Below, piece after piece: positions 1 through 12,053 of a stretch of DNA of 64,000 nt. The notes beneath the pieces were generated by a model. The model made no database searches. It was not told the origin of the DNA and was given only the letters and a program-made list of their open reading frames with translations. Both the position numbers and the translations under genes were made by a program. Location: the NCBI GenBank assembly GCA_965223005.1, contig CBDCVK010000003.1, forward strand, positions 1-64,000, read 5' to 3'. Numbering within the stretch: position 1 is the first letter of the stretch; each line of letters starts with the position of its first letter. The DNA is from Terriglobia bacterium. GTDB taxonomy: Bacteria; Acidobacteriota; Terriglobia; JAJPHL01; JAPKYU01.

Positions 1-346
1 CAAAACACATCAGAATCACAATGTTTGATGGAATCGAACTGTGCTGGTCTAATTTTGCACCGCCAGAAACCGCCGCTTACGCGGCGCTTCCTGGTCTATT
101 CTTGCTCCGGCGTTTAGACCACCGTCGCTGCCGTGGTCAGAAGCTCGGGTAGCTCGTCGAAAGCTGCTATCTTTTCGGCCCTTGCGAATCGTGGTGGTTG
201 AGGTAGCAAGAAGAAACGTGTAATCGTATACGGTAGCTCCTGCAAGGGATGGTGGGCACACGGGGTCCACGAGTCTCTGGCAGTGGGATGGGTTGCCGAA
301 TTCGCGGAAGGCCCGGAGAGCGAAGTCAGAGACCGTTCCAGGGCCA

Positions 347-390
347 CACCGCGGTGGTTCGCCGCCTCAAACCGCGTATAATTGCGCGGT
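347..390 (+). promoter_or_regulatory. Palindromes CACCGCGGTG (347-356) and ACCGCG-TATAATTG-CGCGGT (371-390), the second containing a -10 TATAAT; putative recombinase binding/promoter site
   Basis: Direct reading; lies immediately upstream of the recombinase-like ATG at 394. Confidence 0.45.
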
Positions 391-393
391 ACG

Positions 394-540
394 ATGGCAA
401 CAGCGAAAACGAGGGATCGATCCCGGGACGTCCGCTCCGTGGCCAAGCTTCTCCGCGACGGCGGCTACTCCTACCACCAATCCAAGCATCTGATCGCCGC
501 AGGCCGCCGGCGAGATCCTAGCGCTGAAGCTTTGTCGTAA
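394..540 (+). pseudogene. 5' fragment of a tyrosine recombinase/resolvase
   Basis: My translation MATAKTRDRSRDVRSVAKLLRDGGYSYHQSKHLIAAGRRR resembles the N-terminus of small resolvase-type tyrosine recombinases; stops after 48 aa. Confidence 0.5.
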
Positions 541-829
541 TCCGGACGATGTAGACACCCGGATGCGGATAGAACGAATTATGGCGCGGGATGATCATGA
601 CCCAGCGGTCATTGAGGGGCGGCGACTTGGAGTTGCTCATACTCTAGCTGCCGCTTGGCCGGAGCGGCGTTGCGAGCGCTGACTACCCCGCTCCTGGTGA
701 GATTCGCGTCAATGGGAAGTATGGCTGTCGAAAATGCGTTGAGTGCGATTTTCAGCAGAGTGAATCCCTTGCCAGCTGATGACCACCGCCAGATGCGACC
801 TTCGCCCTGGTGAGCCGGTGCCCTGGCAC

Positions 830-1452
830 CTTCTAACATCGGCAGAGGCTCTTTCAGTGAGATGGTCTGCAACAGCGGGGGTGTTATCGTTACGAACGCT
901 TTTTCATACTCAGTTCTCGTTGAGTTCTGTTGGTCGCTTTTCCAGTGAAACTCTCCAAGTGCCTTCGGAAATCTCTGTACAAAACAGTAGAGAGTTCCAT
1001 AACGTACATTGAGGAAATTAGAACGACCTGACATTGCAACTGAATGTAAAGTGTGGCGCGAGGTTGCTAACCTGGTCAGACAGAGTTCGCAGTGCCCGGC
1101 GACCACTTTCATGCTGCATTCCATCTCTGTGCTCAACAATCTTCGCAGCCTGTTTGTCCCGATGCTTCACGATGCCGAAAGGATGATTCAGGCCAGCATC
1201 GGTTGCTACTGCGAAAAAGATGCCATGCAACTTGCCGAGATGAACAAGGAACTCGAAGTAATCTTTCTCATGCACGTCTCTGAGCTTAACCTCCTTTGCT
1301 TGTCGCGCACCCGTGGCATGTTGCAGGGTGGTTAATGCCTCTTCAACTCGCCTCCGCTCGAATTCGGGCGTCATGTATGCGGCGATAGCGTTCCACGAGT
1401 TTCGTCTAGAAGCACTAACAAACGATCCTGATTCATCAAGGACAATATTCAC
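830..1452 (-). pseudogene. DUF3800-like protein (RNase H-like fold), frameshifted and apparently 3'-truncated
   Basis: N-terminus MNIVLDESGSF; continues through two frameshifts near 1000-1050 into FVQRFPKALGEFHWKSDQQNSTRTEYEKAF; similarity appears lost after PMLEGA. Confidence 0.55.
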
Positions 1453-1597
1453 AGAGGACTTCTCACGGTCCGGTCACGTGGCGCTAAGAAAAGTCTTGGG
1501 GAACTTTGGCCGTGGTCTGGACGCCGCACGACGTGCTGGACCAGATCTTCGATTCTGCATTCCAAGTCCGTTACGTTTGTTTCCGCTTTGCGGCGCG

Positions 1598-4502
1598 TCA
1601 ATCCTGATCGTCGTCGATCAATCCGAGTTCCCGTAGCGGTTGTAGAACGCCGTTCTCCAGTTTGTTCTTGTCAAACCCGCTCGGCGGTTTTGCTCTGGCT
1701 TCGATGGAGACTTCGCCCGCTACGTCCGCCAGATTGGCGAGGGCTTTCCACGCCGCGTATAGATCGCTTCGGTCAGCAGTGAACGAGAAAGTGACTTCAC
1801 GCTCATCCTCGTCGACTGATGGCCGGACGTCGTCGTCGCCGCCGGTTTCTTTGTCCTTCCTGCCTTCTCCTGTGACGCCTTTGTCGCCCGGCCCTTGATC
1901 GCCTTTGCTGGTTGTGTTGCTCGGCTCAACTGGCTTCTCGGGGAGCGCCTTCGGCACGATAAGGAACCCGGAATCCAGGTCGATCTCGTCGTCGGCGACA
2001 CTCCTTTCAAAGGCAACCCGGCTCCTGTCGAGTTGGTAGCGCCCGTTTCCCCCGAGGTTGGGTCGCCCTGTCGCGTATCCAACAGGCCGGTCTGCACGCC
2101 GAGCGCGATTGCTTTGCGCACTAAATCGTTAGATAGCAGCCTTGTGAAGCCAAGGAAAGAGAAGAACCCGGCGACGACTTTGCCGGTGGCGATGCCCGGT
2201 TCGACCGAATCGCTATCGCCCAGCTTGAACAATTCGACGATCTTCCCCGGTGTGACAGATTCGAAGACCTTCCGCCGCACGGTTATTAGCAGTTCCGTCA
2301 GCCGTTGATGGATTTGAGCGCGTTTTTTCTCGTCCAGCGTGGTCTGGAGTGGCCGGCCTCCGATGCTGACCGACTCCAGGGACAGCGATCCGTTGTCGGA
2401 CTTTGGCAACCACACCTCACCATAAAGTTTCAACAAAGCAGACTCGGCTGCCGATTGTTCGGTGGCATTCCGTTCCTTAAGCTGATCCTTCTGCGCATCC
2501 GTGAGGTTGAGCTCGCGCCACTTCGCCCGCACGCGCTCGATGGCCAGGAGATAGCGGACGGCTCGTCGCAGCACCTCGACTGGTCGGTAGACGGCACAGC
2601 GAGTCCGAGACCGTTCCGGAAGTCACGCGGGCGGGTGCCGTGGTTCTCGCAGATGTCGCGGGCGGCCGTACGCTGCTCCGCTTCGGGCTGGCCTGCAAAC
2701 TCAAGCGGCATGTAGGCAATCAGAAATTGTGCCTCCTTGTCCGGAACATCTCCGGATTTCGACGGCCATACGATGGCTGACCGCTGGCCTGCCAGTCGTT
2801 CCTCGATCAGCTCCTTGATCCTCGCTCGGACGCGGCCCTCGTCTCGAGCGACGGTGTCGACCTCTTGTTCGACGAGCAGTGTGACGTTGGGGTCCTTCTT
2901 GAAGCAGTACCGTGCGCCGTCAAAGTGAAGGTAGAGGCAGTTCTCCTTTAGTTCCTTGAGGCACGCCTGAACCGTTGTGCTATCGAGATCAGGGCCGACA
3001 CATATCTTTAGCAGGTCCGTTTCCCCGATACCGGGCGGAAGGAGGTCGCCGTCTCCACCTCCGGATCGACGGAGTCCCCCAAAGGAGGACATGAGCATGG
3101 TCGTCGCCAAGCGGGTTGCGGGACGCTTCCCGGCCTCGGAGGATGTCTCTCGCGCCCGTCGGGCATCGATCCGGCGCGTCCGGGCATTTGCGCCAACGAA
3201 GTCATGCTCCAGGCAAGGTTGGAAATCCTCCCGTTGACCGACTTCCTTGAAGAAGGCAAGGCGCACTTCTGCATCGTGGATGGGAACGTCTCCCGGACCC
3301 AGCAGCATCCGAGAGTGTCCGGCGCGGTGGGCGGTGCGGAGGCAGGACGCCAGGAATCTCAAGGCGCCACGTGTGCGCTGAAAGTCGGGAATCGCCGCCC
3401 AGCGTTCCCGCATGATATCGATAAGGTCGGGATGAAAGGGGTAGGATGACTTGATGCGGTTTCGGAGCGCCAAACCTTCCTCCTCTGCCTGTTGCCGCTC
3501 GGAATCGCTTTGTGCGTAGGCGCGCCGCATCTGGGTAAACACGTCACGATGGGCTTCCGCCGCACGTGCAGCGGCGGCTTGATCTGGAATCCTGACCAGC
3601 AACCTGCGCTGGATCACGTTGAGGATCTCATTCCCTTCGACCGGCTCCCGGCGTTGGTCCTTGCGCGCTGCAAGGTGTTCCACGGTTTGCAGCAGACTTG
3701 TGTATTCCAGTGACTCCCGCTTGCTCGACTGTAAGGAGAACACCAAGGCAGCGTCTTCGACGTTGCCCACCGCAACGGTCAACCGTTTGAGGAAGGACAA
3801 GGTCTCATCTCGGAGGGTGGTCTTCTCTACACTAACGCCGCCTGCACTAATGAGGTACTCCAACAGTTCATCCAGGAGGATCAGGCTTGGACCTCGCTTG
3901 AGCAGCTCGATGATTGTATCGCCACCGGGAGCGACCCGCGCCTCATCCTGCGCGCGAACGATTTGGTAGCCCTCCAACCCTGCGAGCGCCCATGCCATCC
4001 AACCCCAGATGGTCTTTGCGGCAAAATTGCCGTTCGGCAATCGTTTGCCGACCCGCGCGTCAAAGAACTGGCCATCGACGGCAGCAACACGCACTTGTTC
4101 GGGGCGGGGTAACCCGGCCGCTTCCGGCAGCGTGTCCAGCGCCGCCCTTGAACGGGCGCTGTGAAGCAACGCAGCCAGAGTATGCGATTTGCCGCCGCCA
4201 AAGGGGGTCACCAGCTTGAGCACTCGACTGCCCCGGGAGCCCGACAAACGCCCGAGCACGTCGTCCAGCAGGGACTTCAGGCCAGTCGTAAGGAAAGACG
4301 CCCGGAAGAAACTATCCGGGTCCCGGTAGACGGCGGGGACCCGGGGCAATTTCGAATCCGGCAACCCGAGGTCCCGCCCGATCAGGTAGTCGGACAACGC
4401 ACCGAGATCGAGCGCGAAGATGTCCTCGGAAAACTCGTCCGAAAGGACGTCAGGATGAAGCTCTACGCACTCAAGCCACGGAGGAACTGTCGTCGTGTTC
4501 AT
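1598..4502 (-). CDS. DUF499 family AAA+ ATPase (~968 aa after correcting 2 single-base deletions at ~2580 and ~2081)
   Basis: Walker A TPFGGGKSH, Walker B LILLDE, YPFHP and FQRTRGALR motifs; ORF pieces 2430-4502, 1720-2574 and 1598-1957 join in frame. Confidence 0.85.
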
Positions 4503-4503
4503 A

Positions 4504-7277
4504 TTATTCGCTGCTCCCGGAGAACAGGTCGCGTTCCCCCCTTACTATCCGTTTGATTTCTTGACTGAACGCGGCCCCCTCCACGATGCTTCGCCAATTC
4601 GCGGTCAACTTCGAGATGGCGCTCAACTCCGTAGTTGGTTTCACTTCTTTTGCCTCCGGACTTCCGAGAATCGGGGCACAGAGCGCCTGGGTAATGAGAC
4701 GAAGCTGCTCCACGTTCGGGCGCGCGGCCTTGAGAAACCTGGAAGCTCGGTCGGCCGATTGTCGATGAGCCAAAGCATGCGGTGTAAGACATTGATGAGA
4801 GGCGCCTGCTGACCGTCCGTGCCGATGCCCAAGCCCTCGTCTTCACCGCGCTCCTCGTAGTTGCGGACGCGAAACTTGCTGCCAGACTTCTCGACCAATG
4901 ATGGAGGCGGCCCGGAAAGGCCGGAGGGACCGTCGATCTCGATGCCCTGCGGGTAGCAGAACACGTAGGCATCTCCTGCCTCCATGCTCGACTCGCAGTA
5001 GGTGAACCGCCACAAGACATAGAAGCGCGTGATGGAATCCACCGAGCCGACAGCCGCGCCACGTAAGCCGAAAATCTCATCTAGTATCACGTCGAGCACA
5101 ACGCCCTCAACTTCGCGGAGGTAACGTTCGGCCGGCATCGGTTCCCCGTTGGCATACTCGACCTTCGCAAACCTCGTGTACGCGCGCAGCCCGGCGCCAA
5201 CCGCCGCCATCAGCAGATCAGCACCTCCGACGCCTTTGCCCCCAGCCCATAGCGTCACGACGCGTTCGCGCGCGATGCGGAGCAGCTCCGGCGCCACGTC
5301 GGTCTCGTACTGTCCGGAAACTGTCTCCTCTCGTCGCCGTGCCACGAAGAAGATGCTGTCCGAGAGAGCCGCAGCGCCGAGCGTGTTCATTCGGCCGCGT
5401 GACTCTGTCTGAACCGGCCATGCCTCGGTTACTGTGAGCCCGGCATCGACGAGCGCTCGGATCAGTGTCGCCCAGCCTTTGGTCGTTCGATGAGCATATA
5501 CACAGACGAGCGGGGCGCCAGGCTTCAAGACACGCCGAGCTTCAACGAAGGAACGGCGCATCAGGTTTTGGTAGTGCTCGTTCGCCATTTGGGCATTGCC
5601 GTCGTGCTCGCTCGGTTGCGCGACTGCCTCACGTCGTTTCGGAGGCGTGGGCAAGGTGAAGTGTTCGGGGTATAGATCTCCGACAATCCGTTTCAACCAC
5701 ACATAAAAGAATGCCGACAAATCGGCGTAGTAGATGCTGCTGTAGTACGGAGGGTCCGTGACAACAGCGTCAAAAGTTTCATCGTCGTAGAGCAGCTTCT
5801 CTGCGTTGCCGCGGGTAACGACCGCCGGGTTGCTGATCTTGGCCAGTTCACGAATGCAGTTACGCCTCTCGTTCCAGAGCAAATGCGAGACATCCCTCGG
5901 TTCGAGCCAGAGCGTTGATCTCCGAGAAATCGTAGATCATCTTGAGGGCCTGCCGATCACCTATAGCACCTTTCGTTCTCTGAACACGGGGTTCCCACCG
6001 TGAGAACTTGTTGAATGTGATGACCAAGCGCCCGAACGCCATTGCGAAATAGGTTGCCAGAGCCTTAGCTCTGTCCTCGGCCATCCTCTCGACTAGCATC
6101 TCGGCATGGACAAGCCGAATGTGCTTGACCAAAGTGAAGAGCGTGAGCAATTGCCGGGAAGTGAACAGTTCCCGGTAATGCTCAACTCCGTAACTTGGTA
6201 ACTGGTCTCGGAGCTTTCCCTGAAGGACCTCATCTGGAGGACCGAACTCTATCTCTTCTTCCAACGCAACTAGACGAGAACGTAGCTGATTGTCTGACGG
6301 AACCGTTCGAGCCTGTGGAGCTAGGTATAGCTTCGACCGAGCACCTGCACGACAACAGCGGCAAGTGACTCGTGCATTTTCCCTGCGAGGGCCATGTCCT
6401 TGACGTGTTCTGTCGGTGCCGGCGTATTGCATGCGACGCAGACTGCCTGTCCCGCACCGGTCTGGCTCTCCTGGGCACTGACCTCCTTGGCGGAGCGCCC
6501 GGATACGATCTGCCACCGCAGATTGCGGCCATTCTCGATTCTCGGCACTGCGGCAATTGCTCCGCCTTTTTTCCGCAGCCGCGATTGGCGGACGAGGGGT
6601 ACTGGAACATTGCACCCGGGTCGGCGGCAGGGAACCGTACGAGCCCAGATGTAGGCTACAGGTTCGTTGCCAAGGGCGAGCTGCGTACCACCGCTTCCGA
6701 ACAGCTTTGTCTGCGAGTTTACGTCTCTTGTCTTGAGAATCTGGATCGGTGGATAGAGATCATTGAGTTCTTTGCGCATTCGTTTGAAAACAACCTGCCC
6801 CCAGCGTTGGAAATCATCCGCAAGGCTTGGTCCATACGTCTGCGGATAGACCAGCGTGCAAAGCTCGATCAGGTGTGCCACCGGGTTGTAGTCGATGGCA
6901 TGACTCTCACAACCCAGCCGGGCGGCTTCGAGTGGGATAGCGCCACCGCCCGCGAACATGTCGAGAATCTTCGGGGCTTTGCCTTCGTGCGACTTCCGAA
7001 TGCGGTCGCTTGCTTCGTTGACGATCTCCGGGGCAGGTTTGAACGCTGCGAGCTTGGTGATAAAGGAGGCGGCTTCCTCACGCTCTTCGCCAGTGCTTGG
7101 AGCAGGAACAAGCGCTGCGTAGATCGCGGCACGACTTGCAGTTGTTGGACGGCGAGCTGGCCAATAGTGAACTAATGAGACGTAATGGTGCGGATGTAGC
7201 TTTTCCTTCGACGCAACGGCATTTAGAAAGTCTAGAGGCAGATAATCTTCAATCAGCCGTCGATCCCCAGTCTTCAC
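4504..7277 (-). CDS. DUF1156 family adenine-specific DNA methyltransferase (~924 aa after correcting 3 indels at ~6345, ~5860, ~4735)
   Basis: RRLIED N-terminus, HYWPARRP, DMFAGGGAIPLEA (SAM binding), CRRPGC/CVAC zinc ribbon, TDPPYY catalytic motif; GTGA overlap with the helicase stop. Confidence 0.85.
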
Positions 7278-10200
7278 TTGGATTCCTCCCGTTGATCGCG
7301 CGCGGCTTGCTCCACAGCGTTGGCAGGCAGGTCATAGTAACGGGCAGCAACGACCTCCTTCTTAGAGTAGTCCAGGTGCTTGGCGGGGTTCCGGATCATG
7401 AGCGGAACGGGATCGGGGCTATCCAGAGGGTCCCAGACCACGTACAACCAGTAGGTGTCCCCGAGCTGCTGTGCCTTGTACCACTCGTTCGTGGTCAGCC
7501 TGACAGGCTGGCCACGCTTGCGGCCCTTGACCTCGATGCGCCGTACCCCAGTTACGGGGTCCCGATATCCCGTCTGCGAGTCCGGCTGTGCCAGGCTTCG
7601 AACGTCGAAGCCGATCTTGAGGTGGCCGACGCGTTCGCATTCACGCCTCTGGGTCTCCTCGTAAGCAACGACGACGTCCTCGGCGGCAAGCTCAACGCGG
7701 CGCTTCAACTCCGCATCCAATTCCTCTGAAAGTTCGGGGAAGCGGTCTGTAGCCGTGTCGGGTGGTAGCACAAGGCAGCTTGCGATGTGACGCACAGGTC
7801 CGTGGCGGGCAACACGGAGCCGGCTTACACCGGCAAGGCGCTCTGTCCGAGTGCGCTCAAGATCAATCAAATCTTGTTCTGCCCTCTGCCGCGCCAGGGC
7901 CACCTCAGGTTCCCCTGGCTCTCGGGCGCGCAGCCCCATCACCCGGTCCTGCGCCGCACGGACACGTGCTTCGAAGGACTTTTTCAGGTAATCGTGCGCT
8001 ACATCTGCATAGCGGCCACGCTCGCTCTGGGCATCCTGCCGTCGTTCCATCTGCACCGTCGTCTTGACGTAGTCACTGACGGAGCCATAGTCGAGCTCGG
8101 GCAATGTCTCGGGTGGTTGCGGGTGGGCCGGCAGATCAATGAGGACATCCGCCGGAACAACGCAGTGGCGGTCAGCGGCGACACCATCGCCAACCTCTTC
8201 CCGCACACCCACGAGTTCGGCGCGAATCGTCGTTGCCTCCCCCTTGGTCGTCTGGCCTCGTACCGAGATTTCGTAGAAGTGAAGCCGGTAAGGCATCTCG
8301 GTCATGGAGTCCACGTATACCGCCACCTGTCCCGGCATGTCGTGGAGGAGTTCTCGCAATCTCTCGTCCACGGCGGCGTAGAGGGGGTGCCCGGGACCAA
8401 GAAGCACGGCATCCAAATGCTGATCCTGTTCCAGATGCTCCTTGTAGAAAGTCAGTTTACGGTAGCTGGTGTCCGGTCTGCCAAGACGCCGGATCGCGGC
8501 GAGACGCTCGGACCGGAGATCGGCGAGGACGTGCTCGATCCGCCAAAGGCCGTCCGCACGTGCTTCTATCCGAAGGCCCACTGCCTTGGCTGCCGCTAAG
8601 AAGTGGGCCTCGACGTAACGCGGCATGAGTCGCCGCTCTTCCGCTTCTAGATTTGCCTGTGCGAAGGCGGAAAAATCCACATGCGACCGCGCCAGGGCGA
8701 TGCCAGTCGCGGTCTCATAAAGTCCAAGTTTCTCCGGGTCAATCTGCTCAATTACATCAAGATAGTCGTCGAGGCGTCTCGGCTCATACGCCACTTCACG
8801 GAGCATGTCCGGGAGGTTAACTTGGTTCAGGGAGAGCACTTCGCCGACAACGTCGAACACCCGATCTCCAAGCGCGTCCCTCATTCGGTCCAGTTTGCTC
8901 AGGAGCCGCTCCAGGATGCGCCCTTCGATGATTGGCTGGCCATCTTCCGAGGAAGTTGCAACGAAGTTGAACGCGTACACGTCACGTGATTGTCCGATGC
9001 GGTGGATACGACCAGTCGCTGCTCCAGTCGGGTCGGATTCCAGGGCAGGTCGTAATTAATCATCAGGTGGCAAAACTGAAGGTTGATACCCTCGCCGGCC
9101 GCCTCGGTCGCCACGCAAATTTGACGGCTCGTTCGGAAATCCTCCTGGGCCTGTTTCCGCTCGCGTGGGTTCATCCCGCCGTGGATTTCGCAAGTCGAGT
9201 ATCCCCACGTTTCGATGTTCTCGCGTAGATGGTTCAGCGTGTCCCTGTGTTCGGTGAAGATGAGGAGCTTGCCCCGCCCGTCCTTCAGTTCATCGAACTC
9301 CGCTCGCTGCAAGCACTTGCGCAACTCGACCAGCTTGGAGTCACGGCCGCTTTCGCGGACACGCCCCACACGTCCGACCAGATCGCCTAGCTCAGCGACC
9401 TCAGCCCGGAGCTGATCCAATTCAGCCGCAACTGTCGCCTCGTCGATGAGTTCGTCACGGGTCGTTTCATCCAGGTCGTCCTCGTCCTGCTCGGCGTCGG
9501 GCAATCGCGCTTGTAGTTGAGCCAGCCGCCTGGGATCGCTGGGACGGAGAAAGGCCTCCCAGTTCGCTGAGAAGATTTTCTAGCTTCTTCTGCCGGCGAC
9601 GTAGAGACTCGTGAATAGCGTGAGTGGAGCTTGCCAGTCGCCGCTGGAAGACGGTTCTCGCGAGGGCGACGCTGTTCTTGCGGCGGCCCGTGGCCTGCGG
9701 TAGAAATTCGTTGATATATGCCGTGACCGACTTGTAGATCGTGTACTCCTCCGGGCCGAGGCTGAAACTGACGGTCTGTACGTGGCGGTCCGGGAACAAC
9801 CGGCGACCGTGCATGTCTTTCAGGTCTTCCTTCAACCGCCGAAGCGACCACGGACAATTCTCTCCGAGTTGCAGGATATCCCGCCGGATTCGACCGGCTG
9901 CTTCGCCAACACGATGCGGCTCGGGAAACAGGTCACGGTCGAGCAGGCGTATGAAATGCGCGAACCGGTCGTCGTCGCCGTGATGGGGTGTCGCCGTCAG
10001 GAGCAGCAGGTTGTCGCAGTGCTCCGAGAGCCGCTCCGCGAGCTGGTACCGCTTCGTGCGCTCGATCTCGTCGCCGCGACCCGCCGAGCGTTTCGTATAG
10101 GCGCTGCACTTGTGGGCTTCGTCGATGATGATGAGGTCCCATCGCTGCTGCCAAACCCGTTCCCGGACGCCGTCCTGCTTGGCATAGTCAATGGACGAGA

Positions 10201-10816
10201 TAACCTGCGATTCGCGCTCCCAAAGATTTAGAAGCTGCTGCTGGTCGTTCGCCGAGTGGATCATCTGGAACGGCTCGTTGAAGAAGCGGAGCAGTTCGTC
10301 TTGCCACTGAATGGTCAACGAGGCAGGGACGAGGATAAGGCACCGGTCGATGGCCTCTCGGAGCTTGAGTTCCTTGATGAGGAGTCCGGCCATGATCGTC
10401 TTGCCCGCGCCAGGATCGTCTGCGAGCAGGAAGCGCAAGCGAGGCTGCGGCAGCATCTTCAGATAGACCGCCTCGATCTGGTGGGGCAGTGTGCGGATAC
10501 CGGAAAGGCTGACCGCAAATTGGCGGTCGTAGGCGTAGGCGAGACGGATACGGGCAGACTCGATCAGGAGTCGCAGCCTTTCCGCATCTACGGGCTGGGC
10601 CGATACTTTCTCTTCCTCACCGAAAATGGTAGTGGCCTCATCAGAGGAGATAACCGTCTCCTCAAGCGCACCATCGGGCATTCGAACTCGGCACTCGTAA
10701 CCAGCGGACCCATCTGTGCCGAGGGGTCTGACATTTTCCAGGGTGACCGGTACGTCGAAATGTCCCTGTAGGGATATTCGATGTCCGACCTGTGCTGAAA
10801 GGCGATTCTCAGCCAT
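7274..10816 (-). CDS. SNF2-family helicase fused to a C-terminal DUF3883 (PD-(D/E)XK-like) nuclease (~1180 aa after correcting 2 indels at ~9533 and ~9012)
   Basis: LLADDPGAGKT, DEAH, TATP, TEAAGEGINLQ, DLPWNPTRLEQR(LGRIHRIGQ); C-terminal GFDVRS..IEVKGR..LTTNEW..YWLYVV. Confidence 0.88.
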
Positions 10817-11046
10817 TCCTACTGGCCTCGCTTTTAGCTATCTTGCCCGATGGGCTACTCTCGGAATCATCTCCGCCGCTGTTCTTCACCCATTCGTCTA
10901 CTTCCGAGAGCCTGAAGCGAAGCAACCGTCCCACCCGGCGAGCTGGGAAAGCGCTTCGAATCGACCCAACGGTAGATGGAGTCTTTGGTTACCTGTAGAT
11001 GGGCAGCGACCTCGGCGACACCGACCCAGCCTTCTTCAGTAGCCAT
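10809..11046 (-). CDS. Excisionase-like HTH DNA-binding protein (HTH_17/MerR-like); one +1 frameshift at ~10946; absent from the ORF track
   Basis: My translation MATEEGWVGVAEVAAHLQVTKDSIYRWVDSKRFP/ARRVGRLLRFRLSEVDEWVK; stop overlaps the helicase ATG (ATGGCTGA). Confidence 0.75.
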
Positions 11047-11637
11047 CTTCGACTGACTTCTCTTCAGGAGAAACCAAATAAACTCTACGAGAATACATGA
11101 AACTCGGTATCCCTCGTCAATTGAATCCAGTTTTTGATGTGGAACAGGAAGGTCAAAGTGACGCAGAAGACTGAAGTTCTTAACAGTCGTGAGCCGCCGA
11201 CAGTGTTTCCGGTGAGGTATGGAAATCCGGTCCGCCGGTTAGTACGAGATGGTAACGACTGCGACCGGGCGAGCTGTTATCCGGTCAGCGGCCGGATACG
11301 ATGCGGCGCTGTTTGATGTGGTCCTCCGGCTGGGTCACAAGTGCCGTTCACAGTGGCCGATACCAGCACGCAGCGGTAGAGGCTGGTCCTACAGGGCGCG
11401 GAAGCCCTCCAGGTGATTGATGGCTGGCAGCCGAGTCTTTCGATGTCGTCAAAAGAGAGCAGCTCCCGTACCCAGCACCTCAGAGCTTGAGGTGGCCCTT
11501 TCGGGCAATAGTTAGGGAAAGTAGGTCCCCTGGTTCGACAAAGCGCGTCCTTACGACGAGCCGGGCTATTGCAGCTCTAAAACCATTACTGCAACAACGT
11601 GCTGCGCAGCCCGTAAAGCATGACCGTGGCAGCAACG

Positions 11638-11655
11638 ACTGTCAAGAAACTGTCA
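11638..11655 (+). repeat. ACTGTCA direct repeat (11-bp period), putative integrase arm-type sites
   Basis: actgtcaagaaactgtca, about 120 bp before the att core. Confidence 0.4.
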
Positions 11656-11773
11656 GAAAACTCGCCCATCAAGGGGGCTAGGCCCGTAGGCGTTGCGAGC
11701 GAAAGCAGACGCGCCAAAACCGTGTAATAGCAACGAGAGGAAGGAGTTGGGAGAAAACCGTGGAAGACGCCAG

Positions 11774-11823
11774 CCTGACTTACAAGCAGGAGGTCGGAGG
11801 TTCGAGCCCTCCACCGCCCACCA
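11774..11823 (+). repeat. 3' half of tRNA-Val(TAC) including CCA; attR-type island junction
   Basis: CTTACAA anticodon loop, GGTTCGAGCCC T-arm, ACCGCCCACCA end; no matching GGGCGGT 5' strand or D-arm upstream. Confidence 0.85.
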
Positions 11824-12053
11824 TCTACCCATTTGACATTCAGTGAGTTAGCTGCTTCGGGGGCTCTGGCCCTGAAAGGGTTTCTTCTGGCTTGAGGCAG
11901 CGTCACTTTAGTAGCTGAGAGCAGATAGGTCCCGACTAGTCGGTTAGCGTTCACTTATCCTCTCAGGAAGGAACTCCGAAGGCTGCTGCTGTCAGGATCC
12001 GCCCGAACCGATCCAATTACGAGCAAGGCTGCGCGACCGGGGGTGTAGGTTAG

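Noticed and set aside
49-446. ORFs 49-270 and 114-446
   Set aside because: No recognisable motifs; 114-446 overlaps the better-supported recombinase stub
1598-10816. Phase variation as the cause of the defence-gene frameshifts
   Set aside because: The indels lie in 1-3 nt runs, not long simple-sequence tracts
1598-10816. Canonical BREX or DISARM call
   Set aside because: No PglZ, BrxA/B/L, DUF1998 or PLD gene in the visible operon
11747-11823. Complete tRNA-Val gene
   Set aside because: 5' acceptor strand and D-arm are absent; only the 3' half is present
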